Origin: a virus
Lineage: Duplodnaviria > Caudoviricetes
Reading direction: 5' to 3' (one strand)
Virus record (IMG/VR): IMGVR_UViG_3300020045_008682
Location: 1-47,870 of that record
DNA: 47,870 nucleotides
Shown: positions 10,924 through 21,613 of the stretch, piece by piece
Numbering within the stretch: the first letter of the stretch is position 1
Layout: each line of letters starts with the position of its first letter
Position numbers and translations under genes: made by a program
Notes under the pieces: generated by a model
What the model was told of the DNA's origin: nothing
Databases searched by the model: none
The model's input: the letters and a program-made list of their open reading frames with translations, nothing else

Positions 10924-13098
10924 ATGGCTTATATTACAGGGTCTGTTACAGATGGTTTAGGTACTCTACCGTTTTCCTTATCGGCAGGAACACAACTTAC
11001 TATGAGTATTCAAAATACTCTTGTTGGTGCTTCTTATTATGGATTAGAAACATTCCTTAACCAAGATGGGTTTTACACATCAGCTACTCCTAAAAACCTT
11101 TCAGGTTCTTTTATACTAGGTTCAGGCATAACTGATATAGTTTATGATAACTATAAAATGGTTGCTGTGGTTCAGCCTGGTGGGGGTTCATTGGTATATA
11201 CACCTGCTATTGATATCGATGCTAATACTTTAGCTACTAAAGGTACAGGTGCAAACTTAGGCAGTGGTGATTTTGCTACTCTGCTTGCAAATGGATTTTC
11301 AACAAGAGTAACAGGGGATGGGGGAATAATAGAAGATCCAGGAGCTATTACAAATACTATTGTTTCTCAATCTTTATTCCAGTATGCTTCTTATTTAATG
11401 GTACCTTCAGGATATAAAGAAGATACTTTATATAGTGAATTATCTACAAACAATTATAGTGATTTAGCTTGGACTAGAGCAAGTGATGCTTGGCGTACTA
11501 ATTCAAGTGGGTTGGTGCAACGAGTGCCTTGGAATTTGTTAAAATCAAGCGAAACTTTTGATGTATCTCCTTGGGCAAAGACAAGAACAACAATTAATGC
11601 GAATGTTGTAAATGCACCTAATGGAACTTTAACTGCTGATGAACTTAAACTAACTAATGTAGGGAGTAATTCTTATTCCATTCAACAATCAGTTACATCA
11701 TCTTTAACTACAAATACTTTCTCTCTTTATGTTAAGTATAAAGATAGACAATTTATTCAATTAGTTTGGGGGAGTGGTTATTCATCAAATGAGTACGCAA
11801 ACTTTGACTTAATCAATGGAATAGTAACCGCAGGTATATACTCATCGGCAACTATTGTTGCAAGTGATAATGAGTTTTATAGAATATCCATCACCACAAC
11901 GGGGACTTCTACAACTCCATTCTGCTATATTTGGCCAGTAGATTCTGGGGTTGATGCAAGAGCCGCTGCTTGTAACGGTGTTGGTTCATACTATTTATGG
12001 GGTGCCCAATTGGTAGAAGGCAGTTCAGCCCAAACCTATTTCCCAACAACAGATAGACTAAACGTTCCAAGACTAGATTATACTTATGGAACGGATCCAG
12101 CAGCATTATTAGAACCTCAGAGGACTAATTTGGTGTTGTATAGTGAACAGTTTGATACGGGGAGTTGGACTGCAATTGGTTCAACAATTACAGCAAATTC
12201 GCAAATTTCACCAGACGGCACACAAAATGCCGATACTATGACAATAGCGGACTCAAATTCAAGAGTATCGCAAAATGTTGTTTTGGGTGCTGGAACTTAT
12301 AGAGTAACTGTTTATGTAAAACTAGTTTCACAAACAAGCCCTGGAACAATGCGAATAGTTGGAGTAGTTGATGGGGCAAATACCAATATCAGTTTTACGC
12401 CAACAAGCCAATGGCAAAGAATAGATGGGACGTATACAGCAACAGTTGGAATTACAAATTTGGCAATAAGGGGGGTTGCCTCGTCATTTATTGGAACAGT
12501 TGCCATTTGGGGATTCCAAGCGGAAGCAGGCGCATACGCCACAACCTACATACCAACAACATCAGCAACAGTAACTAGACTTGTTGATACTTTTAGTAGA
12601 AGTAATGTATACACAAATGGAATGATTACCTCGGCAGGGGGAACTTGGTATACAGAGTTGAGAAATAATATTGCTTATGCTGGTAATACTCAAGCTCAGC
12701 AATTAGGATTAGGTAATGATGCTGTTGGAGCAACAGCTGATAATTTTTGGATAGGTATATCATCATCAACTACAAGAATGATATTGTGGAAACAAATCGC
12801 TGGTTCTTTAACTTCATTATATACAACACTGACTGATACAGCAAAAATAGCAATAAAATGGAATGGTTCCACAGCTGATATTTTTGTAAATGGAGTAAAG
12901 GTAGTAACGGCAACCTCGTTCACTCCAACAGCATTAGAATCTTTAAGAATGTTTACTGCTCAAAGTCCCTATTATATTCAACAAATGGCACTTTACAGCC
13001 AACCTATAGCCGGTGTAGACATGGGAGTGTTAACCGGTGCTAGTTACTATCCTTCTTTTCTTAACATGGCGCAAGCATTAAATTATACAATAGCATGA
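10924..13098 (+). CDS. tail/head fibre-like virion protein with two tandem carbohydrate-binding-like domains and C-terminal LamG-like domain
   Basis: repeated NL..SE.F...W...PDG...AD...WGAQLE.G..A.TY.PTT units; late motif ATATTTAT upstream. Confidence 0.7.
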   Translation: MAYITGSVTDGLGTLPFSLSAGTQLTMSIQNTLVGASYYGLETFLNQDGFYTSATPKNLSGSFILGSGITDIVYDNYKMVAVVQPGGGSLVYTPAIDIDANTLATKGTGANLGSGDFATLLANGFSTRVTGDGGIIEDPGAITNTIVSQSLFQYASYLMVPSGYKEDTLYSELSTNNYSDLAWTRASDAWRTNSSGLVQRVPWNLLKSSETFDVSPWAKTRTTINANVVNAPNGTLTADELKLTNVGSNSYSIQQSVTSSLTTNTFSLYVKYKDRQFIQLVWGSGYSSNEYANFDLINGIVTAGIYSSATIVASDNEFYRISITTTGTSTTPFCYIWPVDSGVDARAAACNGVGSYYLWGAQLVEGSSAQTYFPTTDRLNVPRLDYTYGTDPAALLEPQRTNLVLYSEQFDTGSWTAIGSTITANSQISPDGTQNADTMTIADSNSRVSQNVVLGAGTYRVTVYVKLVSQTSPGTMRIVGVVDGANTNISFTPTSQWQRIDGTYTATVGITNLAIRGVASSFIGTVAIWGFQAEAGAYATTYIPTTSATVTRLVDTFSRSNVYTNGMITSAGGTWYTELRNNIAYAGNTQAQQLGLGNDAVGATADNFWIGISSSTTRMILWKQIAGSLTSLYTTLTDTAKIAIKWNGSTADIFVNGVKVVTATSFTPTALESLRMFTAQSPYYIQQMALYSQPIAGVDMGVLTGASYYPSFLNMAQALNYTIA

Positions 13099-14354
13099 GT
13101 AGTCCAACTTTAATAATTGGTGATGGAAATTGGGCCGTTAGATCCGGCTCATTATTAGGTTATGAATATGGAGAATTGAGCGGTCAATTTGCCCCTATTC
13201 CTATTACAGGTTCAAGAGCATCTATTGCTACTTATACTGACCAAAGTGGGTTACTAGTAAGTGCTAGTAATGATGTATTGAGAGTTGATTATTCAACAGG
13301 GACAGGATCGTTGTTGGTAGAACCGCAGAGAACGAATGTGGCTTTGAATAGTGAGGATTTAACAAATGCAAATTGGGCTAAAATCAATACTTTAGTTACT
13401 GCAAATACTACAACTTCGCCTGATGGCACAACAAATGCAGATGCTTTAATAGCCGATGGCACTTCAAATCAACATTATATTGCACAAGCCACCTCTGGGA
13501 ATTTTACAAGTGGTTCATCCTATAGTTATACTATATATGCAAAAAAGAACACCAACAACTTTATTCAATTATGGATTCCCGGGGCTTTAGGGGGGATGTT
13601 TGCAAATTTTGATTTAAATAGTGGAGTTGTAGGAACATTAGGCAATACGAGTGGCACAAATCCTACATCAACTATACAAAATGTTGGGAGTGGTTGGTAT
13701 CGTTGCAATATGACTTTTGTCCCAACATCAACGGGAGCAAGTGGGATGCTAATTGCTATTACTTCAAATGCTAGTTCAGCGAGAGCAGAATCAAATTCAC
13801 TTTCCACATCAGTGTTTTTATGGGGAGGTCAATTAGAAGCAGGCGCATACCCAACCACTTATATCCCAACAGCTGGTTTCACAGTAACTCGTTTAGTTGA
13901 TTCTTTTAACCGTTCTAACATTTATACAGACGGTGTTATTACTAGTGGAGGAGGAACTTGGCTTGTTGAGCTTTTAAATAATATATTGGTGACGAGGGAT
14001 ACAAGCGATGTTGGATTGTTTATTGGTAATTCATCAAATGGAGTAACGGGGGAGTCGTTGATGATTAGAAATAACGGAACGGCGAGATTAGCAATTACAA
14101 AGCGTATAGCGGGAAGTCAAACATTATTATTTGACACTACAACCAACACGGTGAAAGTTGCAATTAAGTGGAACGGCACAAATGCCGATGTATTTGTGAA
14201 CGGAACAAAGGTTGTCAGTGCTACCGCATTCGCTACCACCAATATGGAATTTTTTAGAGGTTTGGGTGCAGATGTTACTAAATACATCACACAAAATAAA
14301 TTTTATAACCAACCACTTTCAGACGCTGAATGTACATCATTAACAACTTTATAA
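13095..14354 (+). CDS. fibre-like virion protein, paralogue of the previous gene's C-terminal half
   Basis: LLVEPQRTN, WGGQLEAGAYPTTYIPT, KVAIKWNG..ADVFVNG shared with 10924 ORF. Confidence 0.7.
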   Translation: MSSPTLIIGDGNWAVRSGSLLGYEYGELSGQFAPIPITGSRASIATYTDQSGLLVSASNDVLRVDYSTGTGSLLVEPQRTNVALNSEDLTNANWAKINTLVTANTTTSPDGTTNADALIADGTSNQHYIAQATSGNFTSGSSYSYTIYAKKNTNNFIQLWIPGALGGMFANFDLNSGVVGTLGNTSGTNPTSTIQNVGSGWYRCNMTFVPTSTGASGMLIAITSNASSARAESNSLSTSVFLWGGQLEAGAYPTTYIPTAGFTVTRLVDSFNRSNIYTDGVITSGGGTWLVELLNNILVTRDTSDVGLFIGNSSNGVTGESLMIRNNGTARLAITKRIAGSQTLLFDTTTNTVKVAIKWNGTNADVFVNGTKVVSATAFATTNMEFFRGLGADVTKYITQNKFYNQPLSDAECTSLTTL

Positions 14355-14355
14355 T

Positions 14356-14676
14356 ATGAAATTTAGAAAATACGAATTTACGAACACACAATGGACTACT
14401 CAAAAGTCTAAAATTTGGAATGAAGAAACAGGTTACACCGATTGTCACGTTGTTGAACTTGGTAATCTAGTTACTACTCCTGGTGTATATGATGCCGAGG
14501 GAAATGTAGTTACTCCTCCTGTTTTATCTTCTAAGTACAGTGTAGATATTCTTTGGGTTACAGAACCTGAGGTAAGCTTTACCCAATATGAGGTTTGGCC
14601 TGAACCTTGTGGTATTCATACCTTTGCTGGTTTAGAGAATCTATACCAAGAAGAGTATGAAGCTAGACTTAAATAA
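14356..14676 (+). CDS. fibre-associated small protein
   Basis: 106 aa, follows fibre genes; YSVDILW...H.FAG. Confidence 0.55.
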   Translation: MKFRKYEFTNTQWTTQKSKIWNEETGYTDCHVVELGNLVTTPGVYDAEGNVVTPPVLSSKYSVDILWVTEPEVSFTQYEVWPEPCGIHTFAGLENLYQEEYEARLK

Positions 14677-14765
14677 AAAGTACAAAAAAAGTTTTTTTCA
14701 TATGTATCATTGAATATAGTTTTTTCAATTGTTTTTTAAGGGTTGTTTTTTAACACAAATAAAAA

Positions 14766-15032
14766 ATGATGAAATTACCTATATCCTTCGAACAATTCTC
14801 TAAAGACCCCTGGAAAGCGGTCCAATTCTTATTACTTGTAGTTGTTGGTTATCTGTGGTTAGATAACAAAATGAATTATCAATCCCAGATAGAAACCCAT
14901 ACAGCTAAAATAGTATTATTAGAGAATAAAATTGACAAATGTCTTCTTCAGTTAAAGAAATCAGATTCTGCTTTAGCATCTGCTACTACTAAACTTGAAG
15001 TATTATCCACCTTAGGTAAGATCCCAAAATAA
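14766..15032 (+). CDS. membrane/coiled-coil protein (lysis region)
   Basis: one TM segment followed by coiled coil. Confidence 0.55.
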   Translation: MMKLPISFEQFSKDPWKAVQFLLLVVVGYLWLDNKMNYQSQIETHTAKIVLLENKIDKCLLQLKKSDSALASATTKLEVLSTLGKIPK

Positions 15033-15036
15033 AATT

Positions 15037-15471
15037 ATGAAAAAAACATTGGATAAATTAGTACTACTTATATCAAGTATTGCTTTATTTGATATGATAT
15101 CTTTTGCTACAGCTCAAAAACCAAAAGAAATAGATGAATTAGATATGCTTATTAATAAAAGTAAACAAAGTATGTCTAAAGCAAGTAGTATAGTTAAAGC
15201 TGCTGCTAAAGCTCAAGAAAAAACAATTAAGGCCGTTGTATCTCATATTGAGGAAGTAGAATCAGTTGCTGAAGAAGCAACAAAAAAAGTAGAAATGTTC
15301 TCTGTGAGAATGATTGAGGCAGGGGTTGATACTAGTACAATTCAGGTTGAAGAAGAAAAAGTTGAGTACGTAGTTGAGATTAAAGAAGCATATCAAAAAT
15401 ATATTAATGAGGGGGGTGATTATGATATAGAAAACTTTATACTGTACATATATAATAAAAAAATAAACTAA
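15037..15471 (+). CDS. membrane-anchored coiled-coil protein (spanin-like?)
   Basis: N-terminal hydrophobic segment, coiled coil, upstream of endolysin. Confidence 0.5.
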   Translation: MKKTLDKLVLLISSIALFDMISFATAQKPKEIDELDMLINKSKQSMSKASSIVKAAAKAQEKTIKAVVSHIEEVESVAEEATKKVEMFSVRMIEAGVDTSTIQVEEEKVEYVVEIKEAYQKYINEGGDYDIENFILYIYNKKIN

Positions 15472-15481
15472 GATTAAACAT

Positions 15482-15745
15482 ATGAAAAATTTTTTTAAAC
15501 AATTATTTGATGATAACAACACTATTAATGAAAAAGCCGTTGTTGGGTTTATAGCATTTTTTATGCTTTGTATTGCTCTTATAGTAGACTTAGTAACAGG
15601 CTACATGGGTACTGCTTTAATAATTAATGAGTTTATCTTTGATGGATTTATGGTAATTATTTTAGGTTCATTTGGTATTGCATCAGTAGATAAATGGATG
15701 AATAAAAAAGATAAACACGAGGAAGATAAAGATATAGAAGGTTAA
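15482..15745 (+). CDS. putative holin
   Basis: 87 aa, two TM helices, charged C-tail, immediately before endolysin. Confidence 0.6.
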   Translation: MKNFFKQLFDDNNTINEKAVVGFIAFFMLCIALIVDLVTGYMGTALIINEFIFDGFMVIILGSFGIASVDKWMNKKDKHEEDKDIEG

Positions 15746-15747
15746 TT

Positions 15748-16563
15748 ATGTTATTAAAAAAAGGTGATAATAATGAACAGGTAAAACAACTCCAAATTAA
15801 GTTAGGGGTTGATCCTGTAGGTAATTTTGGTCCTAAAACGGAAGAAGCTGTTAAAAAATATCAAGCAGCTAATGGGTTAACAGCAGATGGAATTGTTGGA
15901 GATACTACTTGGAATAAGATTATGGGAGTTACACCAACCCCAGAAGTTGTAGTTCCTGTTTCTAGTTTTAAATTAGATAAATTAAAAGGACATATCCCAG
16001 ATTCAGTACTTGCTCAAATCCCCGATACTGCTGCTAAATTTAATATTACTAATCCTTTAAGATTAGCTCATTTCTTAGCACAGTGTGGACATGAGTCTGG
16101 TGGGTTTAAAGCAGTAAATGAAAATTTAAACTATGGTGCTAAAGGTTTATTAGGTACTTTTCCTAAATACTTTAATGCTACTACTGCTGCTCAGTATGAG
16201 CGTAAACCTGAAATGATTGCCTCTAAAGTCTATGGTGGTAGAATGGGTAACGGACCTGAGGTTACTAAAGAAGGATATAAATTCAGAGGTAGAGGATATA
16301 TTCAATTAACAGGAAAGGATAATTATAAAGCATTTGATGGGTTTGTTCCTGAGGATATTTTGGGTAATCCAGATTTAGTGGCTACTAAATACCCTTTAAT
16401 GTCTGCTGCTTGGTTTTTTAATAAAAATAGTCTTTGGGCTATTTGTGATAAAGGAGCAGATGATGCTACTGTAACCGCAGTAACTAAAAGAGTTAATGGT
16501 GGTACTATTGGGTTAGCAGACCGTATTAAACATTTTAAAGAATATTACGCGTTATTAAAATAA
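15748..16563 (+). CDS. endolysin: peptidoglycan-binding domain plus glycoside hydrolase family 19
   Basis: LKKGD..V..LQ..LG, ADGIVG..TW; AHFLAQCGHESGG, FRGRGYIQLTGKDNY, TKRVNGG. Confidence 0.92.
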   Translation: MLLKKGDNNEQVKQLQIKLGVDPVGNFGPKTEEAVKKYQAANGLTADGIVGDTTWNKIMGVTPTPEVVVPVSSFKLDKLKGHIPDSVLAQIPDTAAKFNITNPLRLAHFLAQCGHESGGFKAVNENLNYGAKGLLGTFPKYFNATTAAQYERKPEMIASKVYGGRMGNGPEVTKEGYKFRGRGYIQLTGKDNYKAFDGFVPEDILGNPDLVATKYPLMSAAWFFNKNSLWAICDKGADDATVTAVTKRVNGGTIGLADRIKHFKEYYALLK

Positions 16564-16653
16564 TTTATTAACTTCGACACGATCCGTGAATTGATGGAGG
16601 TCGTTTAATATAGGCGCTATATAAAAGTGTATGGCGCCTATATGTATCGGTGT

Positions 16654-17091
16654 ATGAATGTTGATAAAATATTTAACTTGTTTAACGGAGATGAACCCGA
16701 GTCATCAAAGGAAAATAACCAACAAGTAGATACTTTATTAGACTATAAAAATCATCCTTTATTCTGGGTGGGTATGTTTAAAAAACTAATCCAGAATCAT
16801 CAAACCTTTAATGACCAATTACTTAAATTTTTTGATAAGTTAGATGAGGGGTTAAATATGGTTGATGTTGATAGAGCAGGTGAATATGTAGTGTTTAGTA
16901 GAGCTTGGGAATATATTAAAAAAGTAGACCCGGATAACTTGGTTACCCAAGAGGCCTTATATAGATTCGCCGATATACATCTTAAGTTAGCGTTGGAACT
17001 ATCTATAAATTACTTCCAAGAACACGAGGAATATGAAAAGTGTTCACATCTCAAAAAGAATTTAGAATTTGTAAAACTTCTCTTAACCTAA
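16654..17091 (+). CDS. hypothetical protein with C-terminal UVR-like motif
   Basis: EHEEYEKCSHLK; start at ATG 16654. Confidence 0.6.
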   Translation: MNVDKIFNLFNGDEPESSKENNQQVDTLLDYKNHPLFWVGMFKKLIQNHQTFNDQLLKFFDKLDEGLNMVDVDRAGEYVVFSRAWEYIKKVDPDNLVTQEALYRFADIHLKLALELSINYFQEHEEYEKCSHLKKNLEFVKLLLT

Positions 17092-17156
17092 GCTTGGAGG
17101 GTCTTACTTCCAATATTATATTCCAATCACGGGAAAAGGAAAAAAGAGAATAAAAT

Positions 17157-17345
17157 ATGAAAAACAGAGATATAATAATGAGACGGTTGGAAAGAGCAGA
17201 GGGGGAAGTAGAGAAAATATACTTTTTCTTGAATCGTGGTGGTTCAAGAGAACAGGTAGAAGAAGTAATTATCACACTTAGGGAAACTCTTGATGATGCT
17301 AAAGCATTTGTTCAACAAGAACCTTTAGGTCCGGGAGAATATTAA
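17157..17345 (+). CDS. hypothetical protein
   Basis: 62 aa after promoter at 17094-17122. Confidence 0.65.
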   Translation: MKNRDIIMRRLERAEGEVEKIYFFLNRGGSREQVEEVIITLRETLDDAKAFVQQEPLGPGEY

Positions 17346-17355
17346 TAATAAAATT

Positions 17356-18141
17356 ATGAATTTAACAGCAGAACAAATCCAACAAAATTGGATGAGAATG
17401 ATGGGTTTTATTGAAGACCATATTTCATCCCCACGTAAAGAAAAATTGATTGAATTTTATGAGAAATTTAGTGAGCGTTTAATGTTGATGCCTGCTGCTC
17501 ATAAAAAAGAATACCACAATGCTTTTCCTGGAGGTTACGTAGAACATGTTAACCGTGTTATTACTTGTGCCCTTCATCTTCACGAATTGTGGGCTACTAT
17601 GGGTGCTGATACTACTACTTATACTAAAGAGGAATTAGTATTTTCGGCTCTAAATCATGACCTGGGTAAAATGGGTGATGAGGAAAATGAAGCCTATATT
17701 CCCCAGACTGATAATTGGAGAAAAGAAAAATTAGGTGAGGATTATATGTTTAATACTAAAGTTCCTTTTGCCTCTGTTCCCGACCGTGGTTTATTTCTTC
17801 TCCAATCTAATGGTATTCAGTATACCTTTAATGAAATGATTACAATCCAGACACATGATGGTTTATATGATGAGGCAAATAAAAAATATTTGATGACTTA
17901 TCTCCCAGAACAAAAACCTCGTACATCATTACCTTTTATTGTACATCAAGCGGATTTAATGGCCGCTAGGATTGAGTTTGAAAGAGAATGGTTACCAAAA
18001 CTCCAGGGTAACGTGGAGACCAAAAAGAAACCATTTACATTGGATAATAAGAAATCAACCCCAGTAACTTCAGCTACTAAATCTAAAGCATTAGGTAGCG
18101 TAAAAAGTGAGGGACTTAAAAACCTATTAGACAACTTATGA
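17356..18141 (+). CDS. HD-domain phosphohydrolase
   Basis: HNAFPGGYVEH, LNHDLGK, HDG, HQAD motifs. Confidence 0.88.
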   Translation: MNLTAEQIQQNWMRMMGFIEDHISSPRKEKLIEFYEKFSERLMLMPAAHKKEYHNAFPGGYVEHVNRVITCALHLHELWATMGADTTTYTKEELVFSALNHDLGKMGDEENEAYIPQTDNWRKEKLGEDYMFNTKVPFASVPDRGLFLLQSNGIQYTFNEMITIQTHDGLYDEANKKYLMTYLPEQKPRTSLPFIVHQADLMAARIEFEREWLPKLQGNVETKKKPFTLDNKKSTPVTSATKSKALGSVKSEGLKNLLDNL

Positions 18142-18419
18142 TATTAACAATTGTATTACTTTCAATATTGGTCGTGACTCTAGGATTCACGACCTATAAT
18201 CTTCTTAAGAAAAACGAAAAACAAGAAGATATTTTAGCCGGTTATATGACCTACCTAAATAAAATTTCCGACACTATTGAGTTGGCGGATAAAAAAATGA
18301 TGGAGGTAGATGCTAAAGGTAGTTTCAAATCGGACGATGAGGTAGGATTTTTCTTTGAACAAATTAAAACTATTCAAACAGCATTAAACTCTTTTGTTAT
18401 TAAAAATATTACAAAATAA
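18138..18419 (+). CDS. membrane-anchored hypothetical protein
   Basis: N-terminal TM; DDEVGFFF motif. Confidence 0.65.
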   Translation: MILTIVLLSILVVTLGFTTYNLLKKNEKQEDILAGYMTYLNKISDTIELADKKMMEVDAKGSFKSDDEVGFFFEQIKTIQTALNSFVIKNITK

Positions 18420-19129
18420 TGGAAGAGGTAGTAGTAAAAAAGAAGAAAAAGGGTGTCCAATACTTTACTCAAGACACTGAGGACGCTATTGTATTGTATA
18501 ATAATACTACTGATTTTGAGTTAAAAAGTAGAATCTATCATGATAGGATTCACTATGCCTTTTTCAAATTAACCGAAAACATTATTCATACCTTTAAGTT
18601 TTACTATACTGAGGTAAGTAATATTGAGGACCTACAACACGAGGTAATCACTTTCCTTTTATCTAAAATCCATTTATTTAATCCAGAAAGAGGAGCTAAA
18701 GCATATTCTTATTTTGGAACAATTGCTAAACGTTATTTGATATTATCAAACCAGAAAAATTATAAAAAACGTATTGATACTGTTGCTTTAGATACAATTG
18801 AGGAGGATGAGGAACATTCATACAGCATCGATGATTCATCGCACGATGAACGTCTATCGATGTTTATAGACATTTACACCGAGTATTGCACCCGAAATAT
18901 TTATAATTTATTCCCTAAAGAATATGACGCTCAAATTGCGGATGCCATTTTAGAACTATTCCGTAAGAGAGAACACTTAGATATATTTAACAAGAAAGCT
19001 CTTTACATTTATATCCGTGAAATAGTGGATGTTAAAACTCCCAAAATCACTAAGATAGCAAACCAACTCTACGATATATTTAAAGAAGGTTACGTATTTT
19101 ATTTGGAACACGGATATACAAGTTTCTAG
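18419..19129 (+). CDS. phage sigma-factor-like protein (probable late sigma)
   Basis: EDLQHE...IHLFNPERGAKAYSYFGTIA resembles sigma70 region 2. Confidence 0.7.
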   Translation: MEEVVVKKKKKGVQYFTQDTEDAIVLYNNTTDFELKSRIYHDRIHYAFFKLTENIIHTFKFYYTEVSNIEDLQHEVITFLLSKIHLFNPERGAKAYSYFGTIAKRYLILSNQKNYKKRIDTVALDTIEEDEEHSYSIDDSSHDERLSMFIDIYTEYCTRNIYNLFPKEYDAQIADAILELFRKREHLDIFNKKALYIYIREIVDVKTPKITKIANQLYDIFKEGYVFYLEHGYTSF

Positions 19130-19134
19130 TTTTC

Positions 19135-19143
19135 ATATTTATG
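19135..19143 (+). promoter_or_regulatory. putative late promoter motif ATATTTAT
   Basis: recurs just upstream of structural genes at ~3580, 5413, 10910, 19136, 21601, 30646, 44827. Confidence 0.55.
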
Positions 19144-19162
19144 ATAAACTAAACGTATATTT

Positions 19163-19498
19163 ATGTCACAATTTGATAACATAATTTTTAAAAATAAAAA
19201 ATTCTCTGATGTTTTAGAGGAAATCTATAACAACCAGAAGAAAAAAGATCAACAGGTTACTGCTTTAATTTCCGAATTAAAACCACTTATTTCTGATATT
19301 GGGGATGCTACTTTAGTAGTTCCCCTAATTAAGGAATATATGGAAATAAGTGTTAAAAATGATGATATCTTAATTAAGATGGCTGCTTTAGCTCAACGTG
19401 CTATGGCTACAGTTTCGGCTGAAGGATCGTTAACAATTTCCGATGAGGAAAAAGAGCAGTTATTATCTGCTATGAACGAATTAAAAGGAGGTAAATAA
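19163..19498 (+). CDS. conserved phage hypothetical protein
   Basis: 111 aa helical ORF heading the late module. Confidence 0.65.
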   Translation: MSQFDNIIFKNKKFSDVLEEIYNNQKKKDQQVTALISELKPLISDIGDATLVVPLIKEYMEISVKNDDILIKMAALAQRAMATVSAEGSLTISDEEKEQLLSAMNELKGGK

Positions 19499-20730
19499 TG
19501 GCAAGATATGGTTTAGCGGCATTGAATCAAAACTTAAACCCAAGTTTATCTAATAACTTTGGGGTACTGAATGCTGTAAACCAACTTGGTATAAACAAGG
19601 CCGTTAGAGTATTAAGTATTGTTTTAGATGAAACCCATCCTAGATTTAAAGAATTAGGTGAATGGAACGGATTAGGTATTATTGAATATGAGGATGTAGA
19701 TAATCCATTACCTTCAAACACTCCCTCAACAGCTCGTCCTTTATATAGTAATAATAAAAAATATCCTTTAGTAAACGAAATAGTTTATATCATACCTCAA
19801 CCAGATACTGATATTTTTGAGTTTTCTACAAGTACTACAGATTATTATTTAGATGTAATTTCTTTGTGGAATAGTAATCACCACAATGCTTATCCTACAA
19901 CCCCTAACGTTTTGCCTCCCTCACAACAAAAGGATTATGTTCAAACTGAAGGAGGCAATGTTAGAAGAGTAACAGACCAATCCACAGAAATATTTTTAGG
20001 TAAAACATTTAAAGAACGTTCTAATATTCATCCTTTGCTACCTTTTGAAGGTGATATTATTAATGAAGGAAGATGGGGTAATTCAATTCGTATTGGTTCT
20101 ACTGTTAAAAATGCTCCAAATAACTGGTCAACAGTTGGCAATGATGGAGATCCTATTTTTATTATTAGAAATGGACAAGGTACCCAAAGTAAAGAAGGTT
20201 GGGTTCCAACAGTAGAAGATATCAACATTGATGATTCTTCTGCTTATTTTACTAGTACTCAAAAAGTACCTTTAAAAGCATCAAGTACTCTTTATGACAG
20301 TTACTCAACACCCCCACAATCCCCAGATCAATATGCTGGAAAGCAAGTTATTTTAAATTCGGGTCGATTAGTATTTAATACTACTCAAGACCATTTATTA
20401 TTAAGTTCTGCTCAAACTATTGGATTTAATTCTGTTAAGGGATTTAATTTTGATACACAATCAACATTTACTGTAGGATCACCTTTAATTAAATTAGGTT
20501 CTAAAAATGCAACCGAACCTTTATTATTAGGGGATAAAACAGTTACTTTACTAAATCAGCTATTAGTAAACTTAGAGGCATTTATGACTATTTGTTCAAC
20601 ATTAGTTTCAACTCCTCCAGGTACTCCCTTAGGTCCTTTAAATATGGTAGCAGGTCAGATGTCAACTATATTAAATGGTTTACAACAAAACCTACAAGAA
20701 ATTAAATCTAAAAACAATTTTACAGTATAA
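19498..20730 (+). CDS. baseplate hub/spike (gp5-like) protein
   Basis: YPLVNEIV, FEGDII.EGRWGNSIR, ILNSGRLVFN, EPLLLG motifs; position upstream of gp25-like gene. Confidence 0.65.
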   Translation: MARYGLAALNQNLNPSLSNNFGVLNAVNQLGINKAVRVLSIVLDETHPRFKELGEWNGLGIIEYEDVDNPLPSNTPSTARPLYSNNKKYPLVNEIVYIIPQPDTDIFEFSTSTTDYYLDVISLWNSNHHNAYPTTPNVLPPSQQKDYVQTEGGNVRRVTDQSTEIFLGKTFKERSNIHPLLPFEGDIINEGRWGNSIRIGSTVKNAPNNWSTVGNDGDPIFIIRNGQGTQSKEGWVPTVEDINIDDSSAYFTSTQKVPLKASSTLYDSYSTPPQSPDQYAGKQVILNSGRLVFNTTQDHLLLSSAQTIGFNSVKGFNFDTQSTFTVGSPLIKLGSKNATEPLLLGDKTVTLLNQLLVNLEAFMTICSTLVSTPPGTPLGPLNMVAGQMSTILNGLQQNLQEIKSKNNFTV

Positions 20731-21596
20731 TGGCAAATATACAAGACATTGATTTACAAGCAATTCAAAATGCTACTCCAGATAGCTTAAAAGCATCTGG
20801 TACTGCTAAATTAGGTACGTTGATATTTGCTCAAGGTAAAGTAATTAATCAATTACTAGACCCTATTGCTAATAAATTGTTGTCTCAAGTTACTTCACCT
20901 GATGGAACTTGTGTTTCTCAACAGATACTAAATGAAACTATTTCCCAAAGAAATGGTTTGGTTTTACAGTTAAATGATATAGGTAATAATTTAAATAAAT
21001 TAACTAATACTTTAACTGGTCTTTCTAATTATTTAATTTTAGCTCAAACAGTTATAAAATTAATTAAAACCTCAAAAATAGCTACCTCTATAGCAGCTAA
21101 GGTTTTACCTACAGTTCCAGGTATTATTCCTGCTACTATAAGTGATTTGGAGGATGCTAAAAACCAAATTACATTTACTGATACTGGTACCTCTAAATTA
21201 GATAAAATTCAAGGATCAGTATCAGCGGCCGCTATTTCTGTATCAATTGTAAATGGATATATTTTAAGTATTGTTACCACATTAAATTTATTAGATGCTA
21301 TTTTAACAAAATGTAGTCCTGATTCAACACTTTCACCAATTTCTAAAGATATAAATGATAGTGCTGATGCTCAAAAACAAGCAGAAACAACTATTAATCA
21401 AACTACATATAATGGTTTTATTATTGAAATTGAGGAAGTACCTTATACCCCTACTGTTACTCGTAGAAGAGCTATTGGTAAAAATCAACAAGGTATTATT
21501 TTAATACAAACCGAATTATCTTTTACTACCAATCCTCAAACATTAATTACGGAACTAAAACTAATAATCGACAGAGATAATTTAAAAGCTTATTAA
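20730..21596 (+). CDS. hypothetical virion-module protein
   Basis: 288 aa, translationally coupled (TAATG). Confidence 0.6.
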   Translation: MANIQDIDLQAIQNATPDSLKASGTAKLGTLIFAQGKVINQLLDPIANKLLSQVTSPDGTCVSQQILNETISQRNGLVLQLNDIGNNLNKLTNTLTGLSNYLILAQTVIKLIKTSKIATSIAAKVLPTVPGIIPATISDLEDAKNQITFTDTGTSKLDKIQGSVSAAAISVSIVNGYILSIVTTLNLLDAILTKCSPDSTLSPISKDINDSADAQKQAETTINQTTYNGFIIEIEEVPYTPTVTRRRAIGKNQQGIILIQTELSFTTNPQTLITELKLIIDRDNLKAY

Positions 21597-21613
21597 CTTA
21601 ATATTTATAAACA

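Noticed and set aside
10924-14354. Diversity-generating retroelement acting on the fibre genes
   Set aside because: No reverse transcriptase in the window and no near-identical repeat pair differing only at adenines.
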